NCBI GenBank assembly: GCA_035221665.1
Contig: CM069147.1
Location: 25,606,001 to 25,670,000, forward strand
DNA from: Okamejei kenojei
Lineage: Eukaryota
Direction: 5' to 3'
Length of the DNA stretch: 64,000 bases
The translations under genes and the position numbers were made by a program. Under the pieces are notes generated by a model. It did no database searches. It worked only from the letters and a program-made list of their open reading frames with translations, and was not told the origin of the DNA. The first letter of the stretch is position 1. The number at the start of each line of letters is the position of its first letter. Shown one piece after another: positions 41,996-53,671 of the stretch.

Positions 41996-43557
41996 AACCT
42001 CACTGTTTGTTGAAAATGAATAATGAATAGACTTCGGTGACGTGCAAAAACAATAATGATTATTAGACTTCGGTGACTTGCAGGTACCTTTGTATATCAC
42101 CATTTCCGCATATCTCACACTAAAAGAATATAATCGGCACCTGTGCACTGTCTGTCTACGTGTGTGTATAATTTCAATTTCTCCTCATGGCACTCCATCT
42201 GCCTCGGCATTTACTCATTGTATTTCATCTGTCGTGACATATTACTCACCACGTATTTCTAAGGCAACGCTAAACCTGGCCACCTTGCCGAATCCGTTGA
42301 TTAAACCTGCTCATACTTCAATAACGTATCATTTCATTTTCATTGGGCTGAGCTTCCACATTGAGAAGTGTCTGTTTATTCCGATTCATCGCTTTCGCAT
42401 CATCAACCCAAGACACAATTCACACGTCTCTACTGATCCCTATTCTAAGTGCTCTTTTCACCCAGCTTCGATTTTGAAAAGCTTTGGGAAGATTGAAAGT
42501 CTGTGGTAACCCCAAAAAAGCAGCAGCCGCTTGCAGACGCACCACGATGTGCACTACTAGAATAACAAGGCAGCACATGTTTGCTATGATACTTGATCCG
42601 ACTTTCCCGTTTCGCGGCGATCCTGTCCCTCTCTTTCCCTCGCTCTCCAAGTTCAAGTTCAATAACCAGTTAAATTTGAGTCACCATACAGTCATACGAA
42701 GGGAAAAGAGCACAGTACACACATAAAATAAATTGTACAAAAACATGCACCACAGTGGAATCAACATTCCTCACTGTGATGGAAGGCAATAAAGTTCAGT
42801 CATCTTCCTGTTTTCTTCACGCGTGGTAGTCGGGGCCTTGAACCCTCCCCAGTTCGCCGCTGCCGACGGTCCGATGTCCAGGACCTCTCGGCGGGATAAT
42901 CGAAACTCCGGCGTCCGGACGGATTGGAACACTCCGCGGCACGGAGTAAAACGAGTCGGCCTCTTTCTACCGGAGACCGCGGGCTGCACGGTGGTCAAGC
43001 CCACAGGCCCCGCGGACGGAGCTCTTCTTCTGGCGATCCTCGGTAAAGGATCCATGGCTCCGCGATGGTAAGTCAGCGTCGCACCCGCGGCTGAATCTTC
43101 GGGCCGGTATCCAGGAAAGGCGCAGCACCAGGTTGTTGAAAGTTTCACATTTATTCAGAACTATCCAGAAATTATTACCGAATCTATAGAACCTCAGAGG
43201 ATAATATCCAATATATATATATGTCAAAATTCTGCAAATCTGTGAATATAGTAGACCAGCTGATTGGAATTCATCAATTCTTAGGCGCATAAATCTCTTC
43301 AATGTTGGTAAATAGTAGATATGGGTTTCTACGTGTGCTCTGGTTTCTTCCTACATCCCAAACACTTGCTAGTTTGTTGACTGCTGTAAATTGCCCTTAA
43401 CATGCAGGTAGTGGGCGAGAAAGTGGGATAACATGGAACTGGTGTCAAGGGGTTGGCGTGGATTCGATGCTCCGATGGGACTGTTTCAATATTCTCTATA
43501 TTCTATACTCTTTAGTAACATTTAGATTTTTTATTCACCGGCCTATCCATATAAGCC

Positions 43558-44095
43558 AATTTTGGTTGCCTAGTTAAAGGAAGGATGTCAACAAAATAGA
43601 GAGAGTACAGAGGAGATTTACTAGAATGTTGCCAGGGTTCCAGCAACTATGTTACAGAGAAAGGTTGAACAAGTTTAGGTCTTTATTCTTTGGAGCGCAG
43701 AAGGTTAAGGGGGGACTTGATTGAGGTCTTTAAAAATGATGAAAGGGATAGACAGAGTTGACGTGGATACGTTTTTCCCATTGAGGGGTAGGGAAGATTC
43801 AAACAAGAGGGCATGACATGAGAATTAAGGGACAGAAGTTTCGGGGTAACGTGAGGGGGAACTTCTTTACTCAGAGGGTGGTGGCTGTGTGGAATGAGCT
43901 TCCAGCAGAAGTGGTGGAGGCAGGATCGATTTTAACATTTAAGACTAAAGTGGATAGGTATATGGACGTGAAGGGAATGGAGGGGTATGGTCTGAGGGCA
44001 GGTAGATGGGACTAGGGGAAAACAAATGGTCGGCACGGACTGGAAGGGCCGAGAGGGCCTGTTTCCGTGCTGTAATTGTTATATGGATGTATGGT
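43558..44095 (+). mobile_element. CR1 3' fragment (same subfamily as 10929-12233) about 490 bp upstream of the right-copy ATG
   Basis: Near-identical to 11690-12225. TSD-like TATAAGCC at 43550-43557 and 44096-44103. Absent at the left-arm site near 25000. Confidence 0.9.
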
Positions 44096-44455
44096 TATAA
44101 GCCTTGTTTGCCTTTTTCCCCAAGGCAAAGATAATGTACAGTATATGATTATTTGTTCTACGCGTTGGTTTTCTTCTCCCATTCTAACTGCTACAGTATC
44201 TGTAAAGCGCTTAGATTTGACTGGCGATGCATTTTCCTTCGACACATTCCACGAATTCTATTTATGTATTTCTCGTTGCGTTATTTTAATATTCTACTTT
44301 CCATTGGCCATATCATTTAAAGCATCTGTAAAAGTTAATCGGATGAAGCTGCATCAAATCAAAACTTTCCATGATACACAAAATGTGCCATATTCTCTCG
44401 ATAATATCTGCAACGTCAGTGTCCTCCGTGACATTGAATGTGCTTCTCAGCGCGA

Positions 44456-44475
44456 TGACGTAAAAGTGAAACAGA
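44456..44475 (+). promoter_or_regulatory. Putative composite CRE-like plus IRF element about 120 bp upstream of the right-copy ATG
   Basis: TGACGTAA (44456-44463) overlaps AAAGTGAAA (44463-44471). Motif match only. Confidence 0.4.
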
Positions 44476-44582
44476 ACCACTCGGGCCACGCGGTATTGCT
44501 GCAAGGCGGTCGCCAACAAGCTTCACTGCTTGACTCGCTGTCAGAGAGCAAACATCGTTGAATTTCACTGCTTTTGTTCAGA

Positions 44583-44637
44583 ATGTTTATGTTTGCCGTG
44601 CTGCTGTGTATCTCGATCTTGCACAATAGTTACACAG
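44583..44637 (+). CDS. Leader (signal peptide) exon of VJ-C1 IgSF gene, right copy: MFMFAVLLCISILHNSYT-G|
   Basis: ATG at 44583, hydrophobic core, phase-1 GT donor (ACAG|GTTAAT) that joins in frame to the V exon. An identical-length 55-nt exon is conserved in the left arm. Confidence 0.8.
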
Positions 44638-44838
44638 GTTAATATATTTATCTCTATTAAATGAAAATAACAGGGGAAAAAAGTCAATCCGCGTAAAGTA
44701 TAAGATGTACAACTTTCAAACTTCTATCCTACTGTACTCTTACTTTTCGGTCGATCTATTTCAGCCTTTTGGATTTTTATCAATCGGTTCATTGTCATTT
44801 CACTAGTTTAACGTGTGTTTTTTTAAAAATTCTGACAG

Positions 44839-45162
44839 TAACTGACCGGCCCTTCTCGTTCAGTGTGCGTCAGGTTCCCGATAAGGTAACGAAGGTGAAA
44901 GGTGAAAATGTATCCTTATACTGTGCTTTCCAAAACTTCGATCGGAAAGCACTGCTGGATGTATACTGGAAGAAAGAGGGTCAAGAAGAGACTTTGGCTC
45001 CCACCCCAAACAGGAGGATGACAACGAACAACGTCCCGAAGGGATTTGCCGAATTACATTTGTTAGACGTGGGCTTCCGTGACTCCGGGGTCTATTATTG
45101 CAGTGTGAGAGACGGCAAAGGAAACAGTTCCGAAGGCAATGGCGCGAGGATTATTGTAAACG
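44839..45162 (+). CDS. Germline-joined VJ-type Ig V-set domain exon (NKp30/SIRP-like), right copy
   Basis: Acceptor CTGACAG|, donor |GTGAGT, 324 nt, phase 1/1. Translation (V)TDRPFSFSVRQVPDKVTKVKGENVSLYCAF...DVYWKK...AELHLLDVGFRDSGVYYCSV...SEGNGARIIVN has the B-strand Cys, C-strand Trp, DSGxYYC and a GxG J-like G strand. Confidence 0.93.
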
Positions 45163-47339
45163 GTGAGTCTTACTTGATGTTTCGTATCCCAATAGAAACA
45201 CATACATATGGTGTGCTACAGAGTTTTAAAAAATAGCGATAAACGAACCGTTGCTCAGTCTTTACTAGAGGTTTTGCTCCAATTAAGTAATTAGTTTTTC
45301 GTGATTGGTGAACCATGAGATCTTTGGACAATCATTATTCTTTCCTTTCATATCATTTAGTTATCTTTTTTTATGTCTGGGGTTAATTCTCTCGGCGGGA
45401 CCTCAACTGCATCCAGCGAAGGGAGTATAGATTAAGATTTCAGGTCAATGAAATGGAAACCATCATATGTTAGCGAGTATTGTAGCTGCAGTCGTTTAGT
45501 CAAAAAACCATTGCGTTCGCGTCGAGAACTGTGATATCCAGATGATTGAACATTCTTGGCAGATCACGAATTGAGCTATTTTGCAGAATATCCATGTTTG
45601 ACCATTTATGTAGCTATTTCTTGTCCATCTAATAAATGTTAACAAAACGTATGTTGTTGGAAGAAACATTTGGTGAATAGTGAGCGTGATATATTCTAAC
45701 CGCAATCTTGTGTAAATGACTATTCTACCATGATTTTAGGAAATCATAGTTTCAAACAAAATGAATGATAAAATACGAGTCATGACACATCTGCGACTAC
45801 AGAAATCAGTTTATGCCGATAACGTTATAGCGGAAGTAACAAAGGTTCATGATAAAAATTGATAAAGAAATTCAGAGGTATCGTAAGGAAGAATAGGTGG
45901 GGTGCGTGGTGGCGTATTAGTGTGGGTGGAAGAAAAAAACACATTACTTTATAAACGGGGGGAAATCTGAGAACAATGCAACGTCACAAAATATGTAAAC
46001 AAAGGAGATGAAAGTAGTACCAGAATTCAAATGATTAAATTGCAAATTGAGAATATTAATCAAAACGCTATCCGTCATTTTACGTCCAGTTTCATTGGAA
46101 CTCAGCAGAGCGTCGAGTGGGAGAACAGAAGCTTCAGTCTGAATGATAATTACACGTCAGCGTCATACTCGATTTCTGGGTGGAAATATGCCAGAAAACT
46201 TCACCCAACGCTCTTCCCTTCACCCAACGATCTTCCCTCCGCACAGCGCACTATTTCAATCCCACATCAGCACCTACTGAATACACACAGACACGCTACC
46301 ATACCTTGTCCAGTTTAAGTACCGTGACATGTATTGCGAACACGACAAATACCTAAAGCATCTCATCAATTTTGAAACGTATAACTGCTCAAAAAAGAAT
46401 TCAACAACTCCTAAACATAGAACATAAATAGGCTCTTCGGCCCACAATTTCGGTGCCGAATATGATGCCAAACTAAATTAATATCCGCTCTTTGCGAGAC
46501 ATATCCTTCCATTCCCTCCATTTGCCAATTTAACCATGTCTGAGATACCCATATCGTATCTGTCTTTGCAACAACGCATGATGTAGTTAAGCTGGAAAGG
46601 GTATAGAGCACAATTACGAGGATGTTGCCAGGCGCGAAGGTCTGAGCTATAGGGAGAGCCTGAGGAGGTTATGACTTGATGTCTTGCAGCGCAGGAGGGT
46701 AAGGGGTGATCTTGTTGAGGTTTAGATGAGCATGACAGGGATAAATCGGGTATATGCATCGCCTTTTACCCAGAACAGTGAAATGAAGACTATGTAAGCG
46801 AAACATTTCACCACATTAAATTACAATAACAGAGAAGTGTTCGTCGCAGTTGAAAGAGCAATTATGAGCGCGCTACCAGGAAAGCGAAATTGTCAGTCCC
46901 ATGCACCCTTTCTTTCAAGGAACGATTAAATTGCTTTCCAACAGGTGTTTATTTTATTTATTTTTCACGGTCTTGATTGACTCTGCTTCCAGCACATTTC
47001 CGATCACTACTTCAGGTTCAAGTCCAAGTTACATTTATTGTCACATGCACCAATTAGTGCAGTGAGATTTGAGCTATCATACAACCATACAAATAAAAAT
47101 AACACACTAGAAGATATAATTTAACTTGAACAACCCCCACAGCGGAATCATCGTTTCCCACTGTGAGGGAAGGCAATAATGTTCAGTCATCTTCCTCTTT
47201 GTTCACACGTGGTCGGGGCCTTCCGGCCACGGGTGAACTCCTGGTTTAAGCCCTCCGCAGTGCCGCTACGGACGGCCCGAAGTACAGGTCCTGAATCTGG
47301 ATCTGGATGCAATATGCTGACAAGCTCTAGATAGGAGCA

Positions 47340-48850
47340 TCATTCAGCACTATTATGGTGGTGGACGTGCTAGTCCAGATGGATATGCTTTTGGAGTGCA
47401 TCTTTGTATGTGCTGATGTTTTAGAGATCTCTGATGCTGGCTGGTAGGGTATTCCAATCCCTTGCTGTCTTGAAGAAAAACGAGTAAAACTGTGCTAATG
47501 AAGTGCCGTGCGGAATGAAATAATTTCCAGGTTGTTAGCTTCTAGTTGACATGCCTTGGTTATCTGGATGTGGTCCTCCATCTTTAAATCAATAGTGGTA
47601 TTATTGATCTTGTGGAATGTTGTCAGTCTGATGATCTTGCGATGAGTAGTAGGTGGATGAAGTTTAAGGTCCTTTATCATGCTGAGCTCTACCACTTGTA
47701 GTTGTTAGATATGAACCTTGCTGCTCTGTTTTGTATTGCCTGGATCTTATTGATTTTCCCTTGAGTGATAGGATCCCTCATGGAGCAGCAATATTCAACA
47801 TGTGTACATACAAGGCTTTTATATGCTTGGATCTTAACTTCTTTGGGTGCATTTTGCAGATTGCGACTAGAAAGCTGATGACACTACTGGCTTCGGCTGT
47901 TGCTCCTTCCACATGTTTGTTCCATTTCATGTTTTCAGACAAAGTAACTCCTAAGTAATTAAAACTAGAAACAGCCATTAGCTGATGTCCAGAATGTATA
48001 GGAATGATGGATTGGTTTAGATTTCCGAGTATAACGCATGACATTTCATGTTTTCTGGTTTGAACATCATTTGCCATTTCTTCTACCATCTCTCCAAAGA
48101 GTGAAGATCTTTTTGAAGCATCAGGCAATCATCATGAGATTTGATTAGTCGATAAACCATACAATCGTCGGCGAAGAGGCAGACCTTAGATGTGATGTTA
48201 TTTGGGAGACTGTTATAGTAGACTAAAAACAACAGCGGTCCCAGCACAGTGCCCTGTGGCACGTCAGAGTCGACATGGGCTGGTTTTGAGGATGTTCCCT
48301 GGACTACAACTGACTGCTCCCTCTGAGTTCAAAAGCTAGTTATCCAGGAGTGAAGTGAGCCCTCTACACCAAAGTATTTGAGATGGTGAAGAAGCCTCTG
48401 ATGTGGAACAGTGTCGAAAGCTTTTGCAAATTCTAGCACCACTGCGTCCACTTGTTTGGTTTCTTCCAGAGAGCTGAAGATTTTGTGAATTGTAGTTATC
48501 AGCTGAGCATCATATGATCGTCGGGCCCGGAAACAATGTCGCGTATGACCGAGGATGTTGTTTCTCTCCAAGTGTCCCATGATATGTCGATAGATGACGT
48601 TATCTAATAGTTTACAACAAACTGAGGTGAGCGACACCAGCCTGTAATTTGAAGGGTCAGTTCCACTCCCTTTCTTAAATAAAGCAGTGATGTTGACTTG
48701 CCTCCAATCACGAGGTGCTTCACCTCTCTGAACACTCTACGAGAAGATGATTTGCAAAATGGGTGTCACTTGTTTAAGTAACACAATTTAAGTATTCTTG
48801 GAGAGATGCCATCTGGACCAGAGGCTTTGATTGCTTAAATAGATTGATAA
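47340..48850 (-). mobile_element. Decayed divergent CR1-group LINE RT region
   Basis: SLTSVCCKLL...RSYDAQLITTIH...QVDAVVLEFAKAFDTVPHQRLL; DNA for GVPQGTVLGP-like and LFADD motifs at 48150-48270; YLGVTLSENMKWNKHV. Confidence 0.85.
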
Positions 48851-48912
48851 ACTTTCAATCTATTTAATCACTCCCCCCACCCCGCACACCCCCCCCCCCC
48901 CCCCAAGAAAAC

Positions 48913-49220
48913 GCGGCACGGCGACGTAGCGGTAGAGTTGCTGCCTCAGCGCTTGCAGCGTCGGAGATCCCCGATCGATCCTGACTACGGGTGTGGTCTG
49001 TCCGGAGAATGTACGTTCTCCGCGTGACCGCGTGAATTCTCTCCGAGATCTTCTGTTTCCTCCCACACCCCAAAGACGGACAGGTATGTTTGTAAGTTGG
49101 CTTGGTAAATGTAGAACATATCACCAGTGTGTGTCTGATGGTGTTAATATGCGGGGTTCGCTGGTTCTCGCGGAATCGATGACCCGAAGTTTCCGCACTG
49201 TATCTCTAAAATTAAAACAC
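48913..49220 (+). mobile_element. tRNA-derived V-SINE (HE1-like)
   Basis: GCGGCACGGCGACGTAGCGGTAGAG (A box-like), GATCGATCC (B box-like), central TTTCCTCCCACA V-domain-like block, (CTAAA)-type tail. Confidence 0.8.
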
Positions 49221-52200
49221 TAAAGAAAAGCAGAATCCCCATGGTATGGAGGGCGTGCTTGATGCTGGGCGCAATAAGGAGTTTATGGTCAGGGATAGCG
49301 ATTATAAGTATATGACAGGTACAAAATGATGTGGTTCAGTGAAGATATCATCACATTGGAAGAAACAAATAGCGAGGTCGTGTATTTTATAAATAGAGAG
49401 AGTTGAAGGTGTTGAGGTTCAAATGGTCCCGAGCATCACTCGGTGAATGATTGAATGTTTGCTTCAACATTTTTGTCTGTTATGATTCACATGAGTTACA
49501 TATTTTTGCTGCAGACATCTGAGTGTTGGAATCTATCCCAAAGCGTTAAGCGTGATCAACCGCCATATGTACAGAATCTGAACATATGAGCAGCAGCATA
49601 GCGGGTCTGTAGCACAGTACTCAGCAAACAAACCAAAAGAAGGTCAATAGAAAACTATATTAGTGCAAAACAAAAACAAATGCTCCAAAGTTCGGAGTAC
49701 AACAAAGACGGTTCGTATTCGATGTTTGGTTGGTGTTTGTAGTGTATAATAGCCTGATGGTTGTTGGGGGAAAAACTGTTTCTGAGCATGGAGGTCAGTG
49801 TTTTCAAATGCCTAGACCTTCTTCTCAACGGCTTGTGTGCAATTGCAGTGTGGCAAGGTTTTGTCGGGTCTTGATGATGCTGGCTACCTTTTTGGGGCAG
49901 CTTCTCCTATAGATCTCTTCGATCTTTTTGTAATTCCTTATCCTGGGTGTTCGCGTTACCGAACCAGGCCATGATGCAACCTGTTAATACGCTCTCTACC
50001 ATATATTGTAAAGGATTAAGAGTGCTTTCGATTAAAGATGTTGTCAACCAGGAAAGGGTGCAGAGAAGACTTACGAGGATGTTGTCACGACTAGTGGGTC
50101 TGAGCTGTAGGGTGAGGTGGAGTAGGCTATTCATTGATGCGCAGGAGGATGAAGTGTGATCATATGGAGGTTTATAAATTCATGAGAGGAATAGTTCCGG
50201 TAGGTGCACAGAGCCTCTTGGCCAGTGTAGGTGAATCGAGGACAAAATTACATAGGTTTAAGGTGAAGGGGAAAATATTTAAAAGAAAACTGAGGGGGAA
50301 CCTTTTCAGCAAAGGGTGATGGGTATGGAACAAACTGCCCGAGCATGTAGTTGAGACAGGGGCTATACCGAAGTTTGGACGGATATATGGATAGGACAGG
50401 TTTGGAGGGATATGGGCCAAATGCGGGCAGGTGGGACTAGTGTAGCTTGGTCATGTTCGCCGATGTGGGGAAGTTGGGCCGAAGGGCATGTTTCCACAGT
50501 GTATGACTCTATGACTCAATGACAACATATCGAATCTCCTCAATCTTCTTAGAAATTAGAAGCATTGGAGGGCTTTCATATGAATGTATGGATGTGGGGA
50601 GTTCAGGACAGATCTTCAGAAATATGCATGCCAAAAAACGTGAAGTTTTTGACTCACTCCATCACTGACCAGTCAATGAAGACAGGTTGACTATCCTTGT
50701 CCTTCCTCTCCTCAAGTCAACAATCAGCAATCTTACTGACATTGAGAGCCAGATTGTTGTTCCGGCACAATTTGATCAGATGATGGATCTCCCACCTCTA
50801 GTCTGACACATCATTAAAACAATTACCTGTAATTAGTTCATCAACGGTGGTGTAGTCTGCAAATTTACAGGTTGAGTTGGAACTGTTCCGGGTACACATC
50901 CATGGGTATTGTATGAGCACACAGCCTTGAGGTGCCACTGTGCTGATGGTTAGCGAGGAGGAAGTGTGAGGAATGTGACAGCTTCGCGGCATTGCTCAGT
51001 TCCAATCTGGCCTTTTGGGTACATGCTGTTAGAACATTATGGATTATCTCCAGTGATTTCTTCTTTCCTCTGTGTTATTTTCTCTTATAGATGTAGCTTC
51101 TTATTCTTGCGTATGGAGTGCACAGCCTAAAGTTGTAGGACAACTTGTTCTATTTGATATTATTTGATTGTGCACGCCAGGTTGATTGTATTCGTCGAAA
51201 CAGGGCGCACCACGTGAAGGTTGCAATCTCCCACAACCTAGATGTAGCAAGCTGATGTCAAAGACCAATTGGATCACAGCCAATACATCACTCATGCTAA
51301 TTGCACAAAAATCGTCCTGCTCCCTCTCTCTCATCCCACGCTTGCTGTAGTCAAGAAGTAATTCTAAATTTCATTTATCTGGATCCTCATTGTACGTTCC
51401 GTTTGTTGGAACAAATTACAGTTTCCTTTGGGTGTCATTTTCCACAGGTTCAGTGTGAAGCCATTTCTCTACTGCACCTGTTGAGTCATTAAAGGCTACA
51501 TATAGAGTAGTATTTTCGTGCTATTGTATTATATCTGTACCACATCATACCAAGCCAATATTTGTGCCTGTGCACGGAGTTGCAGCCTTACAGCGACAGA
51601 GGCCCGCGTTGGATCCTAGCTACAGGTGCTTGCTGTATGGAGTTTGTACATTTTGATAATAATAAGAGGGCGCCTTCATTTCACCCAGTTGTTATATCAT
51701 TGGAGGGAAGCAATTACGTTGGTTGGTATGATAGTGTAGGACCTATAATTATCCTCATCTTTTTACATAAGCTAATGTGAGATGTAATGTCTTAATTTCT
51801 CAATTGTCCATCGTTAGTCCACTTGGGTAGATAACCCTCTAATCGACCTGAAAGATTATGATTTACTTAATCAGCCAATTTCTATACGTCATCATTCCTA
51901 GCTCAGACCTCGACCTATTACCCTTGATCTATTTTTGATCTATTGCTACTTGGTCATAATTTGATATATGTTCCTGAATATATTTGGCATTGGGTTGACA
52001 CCTGTGCAAGAAATGAATTTAGAGGGAAATTAAAGGAAAATGAAAAGCGGAATCTTCGCAGGTTTTCTTCAAGAGATATAATGGGGCGATGGCGGCTGTT
52101 AACTGCTCACCAGTTTTTTGACTTCACAACAGATTTAGCCGACAGTTATACTGTGCAGTAAACAACTTTTGTTTTTTGTTAGTATATTTTTGTATAGTTG

Positions 52201-53671
52201 TATCTATCTACTACATAGGTATCAATTATTTCATTAGTCATAACATACCTTTTGTTTATGACAATCTTATTCAATCTTAATACAAGTCAAAAACAATACA
52301 TGGGCATCTTGATATTATTCTACCTCACCTTTTAGGTGGACCGTGCCACCATCCCTTCGCCGAGCGATCCATAAGCTCCCCATTTACTGCAACGTTTCTA
52401 TGCTACAAACGGCAGGGGGTGAGGGTGGTCTTCTGAAACACACTGCTGAGAGAAAGAAGCTTCCTGAACTGCATCTACTATTTCATCTTTACATTTACCA
52501 TCCACCCTTCAACACATTCCCAGACAAGAGATACTACGTCGAATCTTACTTTGCCGATTCCCACGAACCTCTTCTGTAGCTGGAGTCCAGCTGCTGGACA
52601 ATGAGAGATGCCAATTGGCACACACAAACACCCTGCCATTACCTTGTTCATTTCCAATCAAAATTAAGTAAGAAAGGATATTTTCTTCCACAACACGTTT
52701 TACAAAAATAAACGCTATCATTGAATACAGTCCTAGAGCACGAAAACAGACATTTCAGCAGAACTTTGCAATGCTGACCGAGAAGTCCCACCGTAATTGG
52801 CCCATATCCCTCAAAACCTTTCCCCCCTTGTATCCGTCCAAATGTCTGGTAAAATCACCTGCCTCAGCGACCTCATCTGGCACCTCATTCCATATACCCA
52901 CCAGCATCTGCATGAAAAGGATGCCACTTAGGTTCTTGGTAAGTGTTCCCCTCTCCCCTTCCCATGATTTCAGTCCACAAAATACAACATTCTACCATCA
53001 CCCTTTGCTTCCTTACATGGAGCCATTTCTCTACCCATAGTAAATCGTTTTGAAAACATACGGGACACACACAAATTCCCTGGCGGGCCGATGACAAGTG
53101 TGCATGACAACGAACAATTTTATCTCCTCCCACTACACCCTCCTTGACAACAAGAAGCACGTTTTATTTATTACCGTCTGGCTGCCTGCGTAACGCACAC
53201 AACCTCGCACACACAAAAACACCAGATAATCTGTAAACTGCTTTAACTGAAGATGGACACAAAAAGCTGGAGTAACTCAGCAGAACAGGCAGCATCTCTG
53301 GAGAGAAGGACTGCGTGACGTTTTAGGGTCGAAACCATTCTTCAGACCTGAAGACTACGTCTGAAAGGTCTCGACCCGAAATGCCACTCATTCCTTCTCT
53401 CCAGAGATGGTGCCTGTCTCACTGAGACACACCAGCATTGTGTGTCCATCTTCGGTGTGACAGTTGTCTCATTTAATCGGCTTCATGTATTGTGCGCATG
53501 GAAGAGACGCTTTACATGCCGCTTGCATCTATTCATTTGCGAGAGAGGGATGGACTGGATGTGACCACTAGCGAAAGCAAAGACATAGTTAGTACAGGGA
53601 AATAATCCCACTACTTAATTAACCAGGTTCCCGAATGTTAGATCTATTTATACATGTAACATTTTTGTTTT

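Noticed and set aside
42078-42509. 143-aa ORF similar to 25876-26193
   Set aside because: No motifs, indels between arms and no splice context; shared only through the duplication.
44076-44561. 161-aa ORF upstream of the leader, partly shared with 24526-24946
   Set aside because: It starts in a LINE tail, is frameshifted between arms and has no recognisable domain. Similarity is explained by the duplication.
44839-45162. Assigning the symbol NCR3 or SIRPA
   Set aside because: The resemblance is by eye only. NCR3 has no C1 domain and SIRPA has two; orthology needs phylogeny and synteny.
48913-49000. tRNA gene
   Set aside because: The A/B-box-like head continues into a SINE body and tail; no complete cloverleaf.
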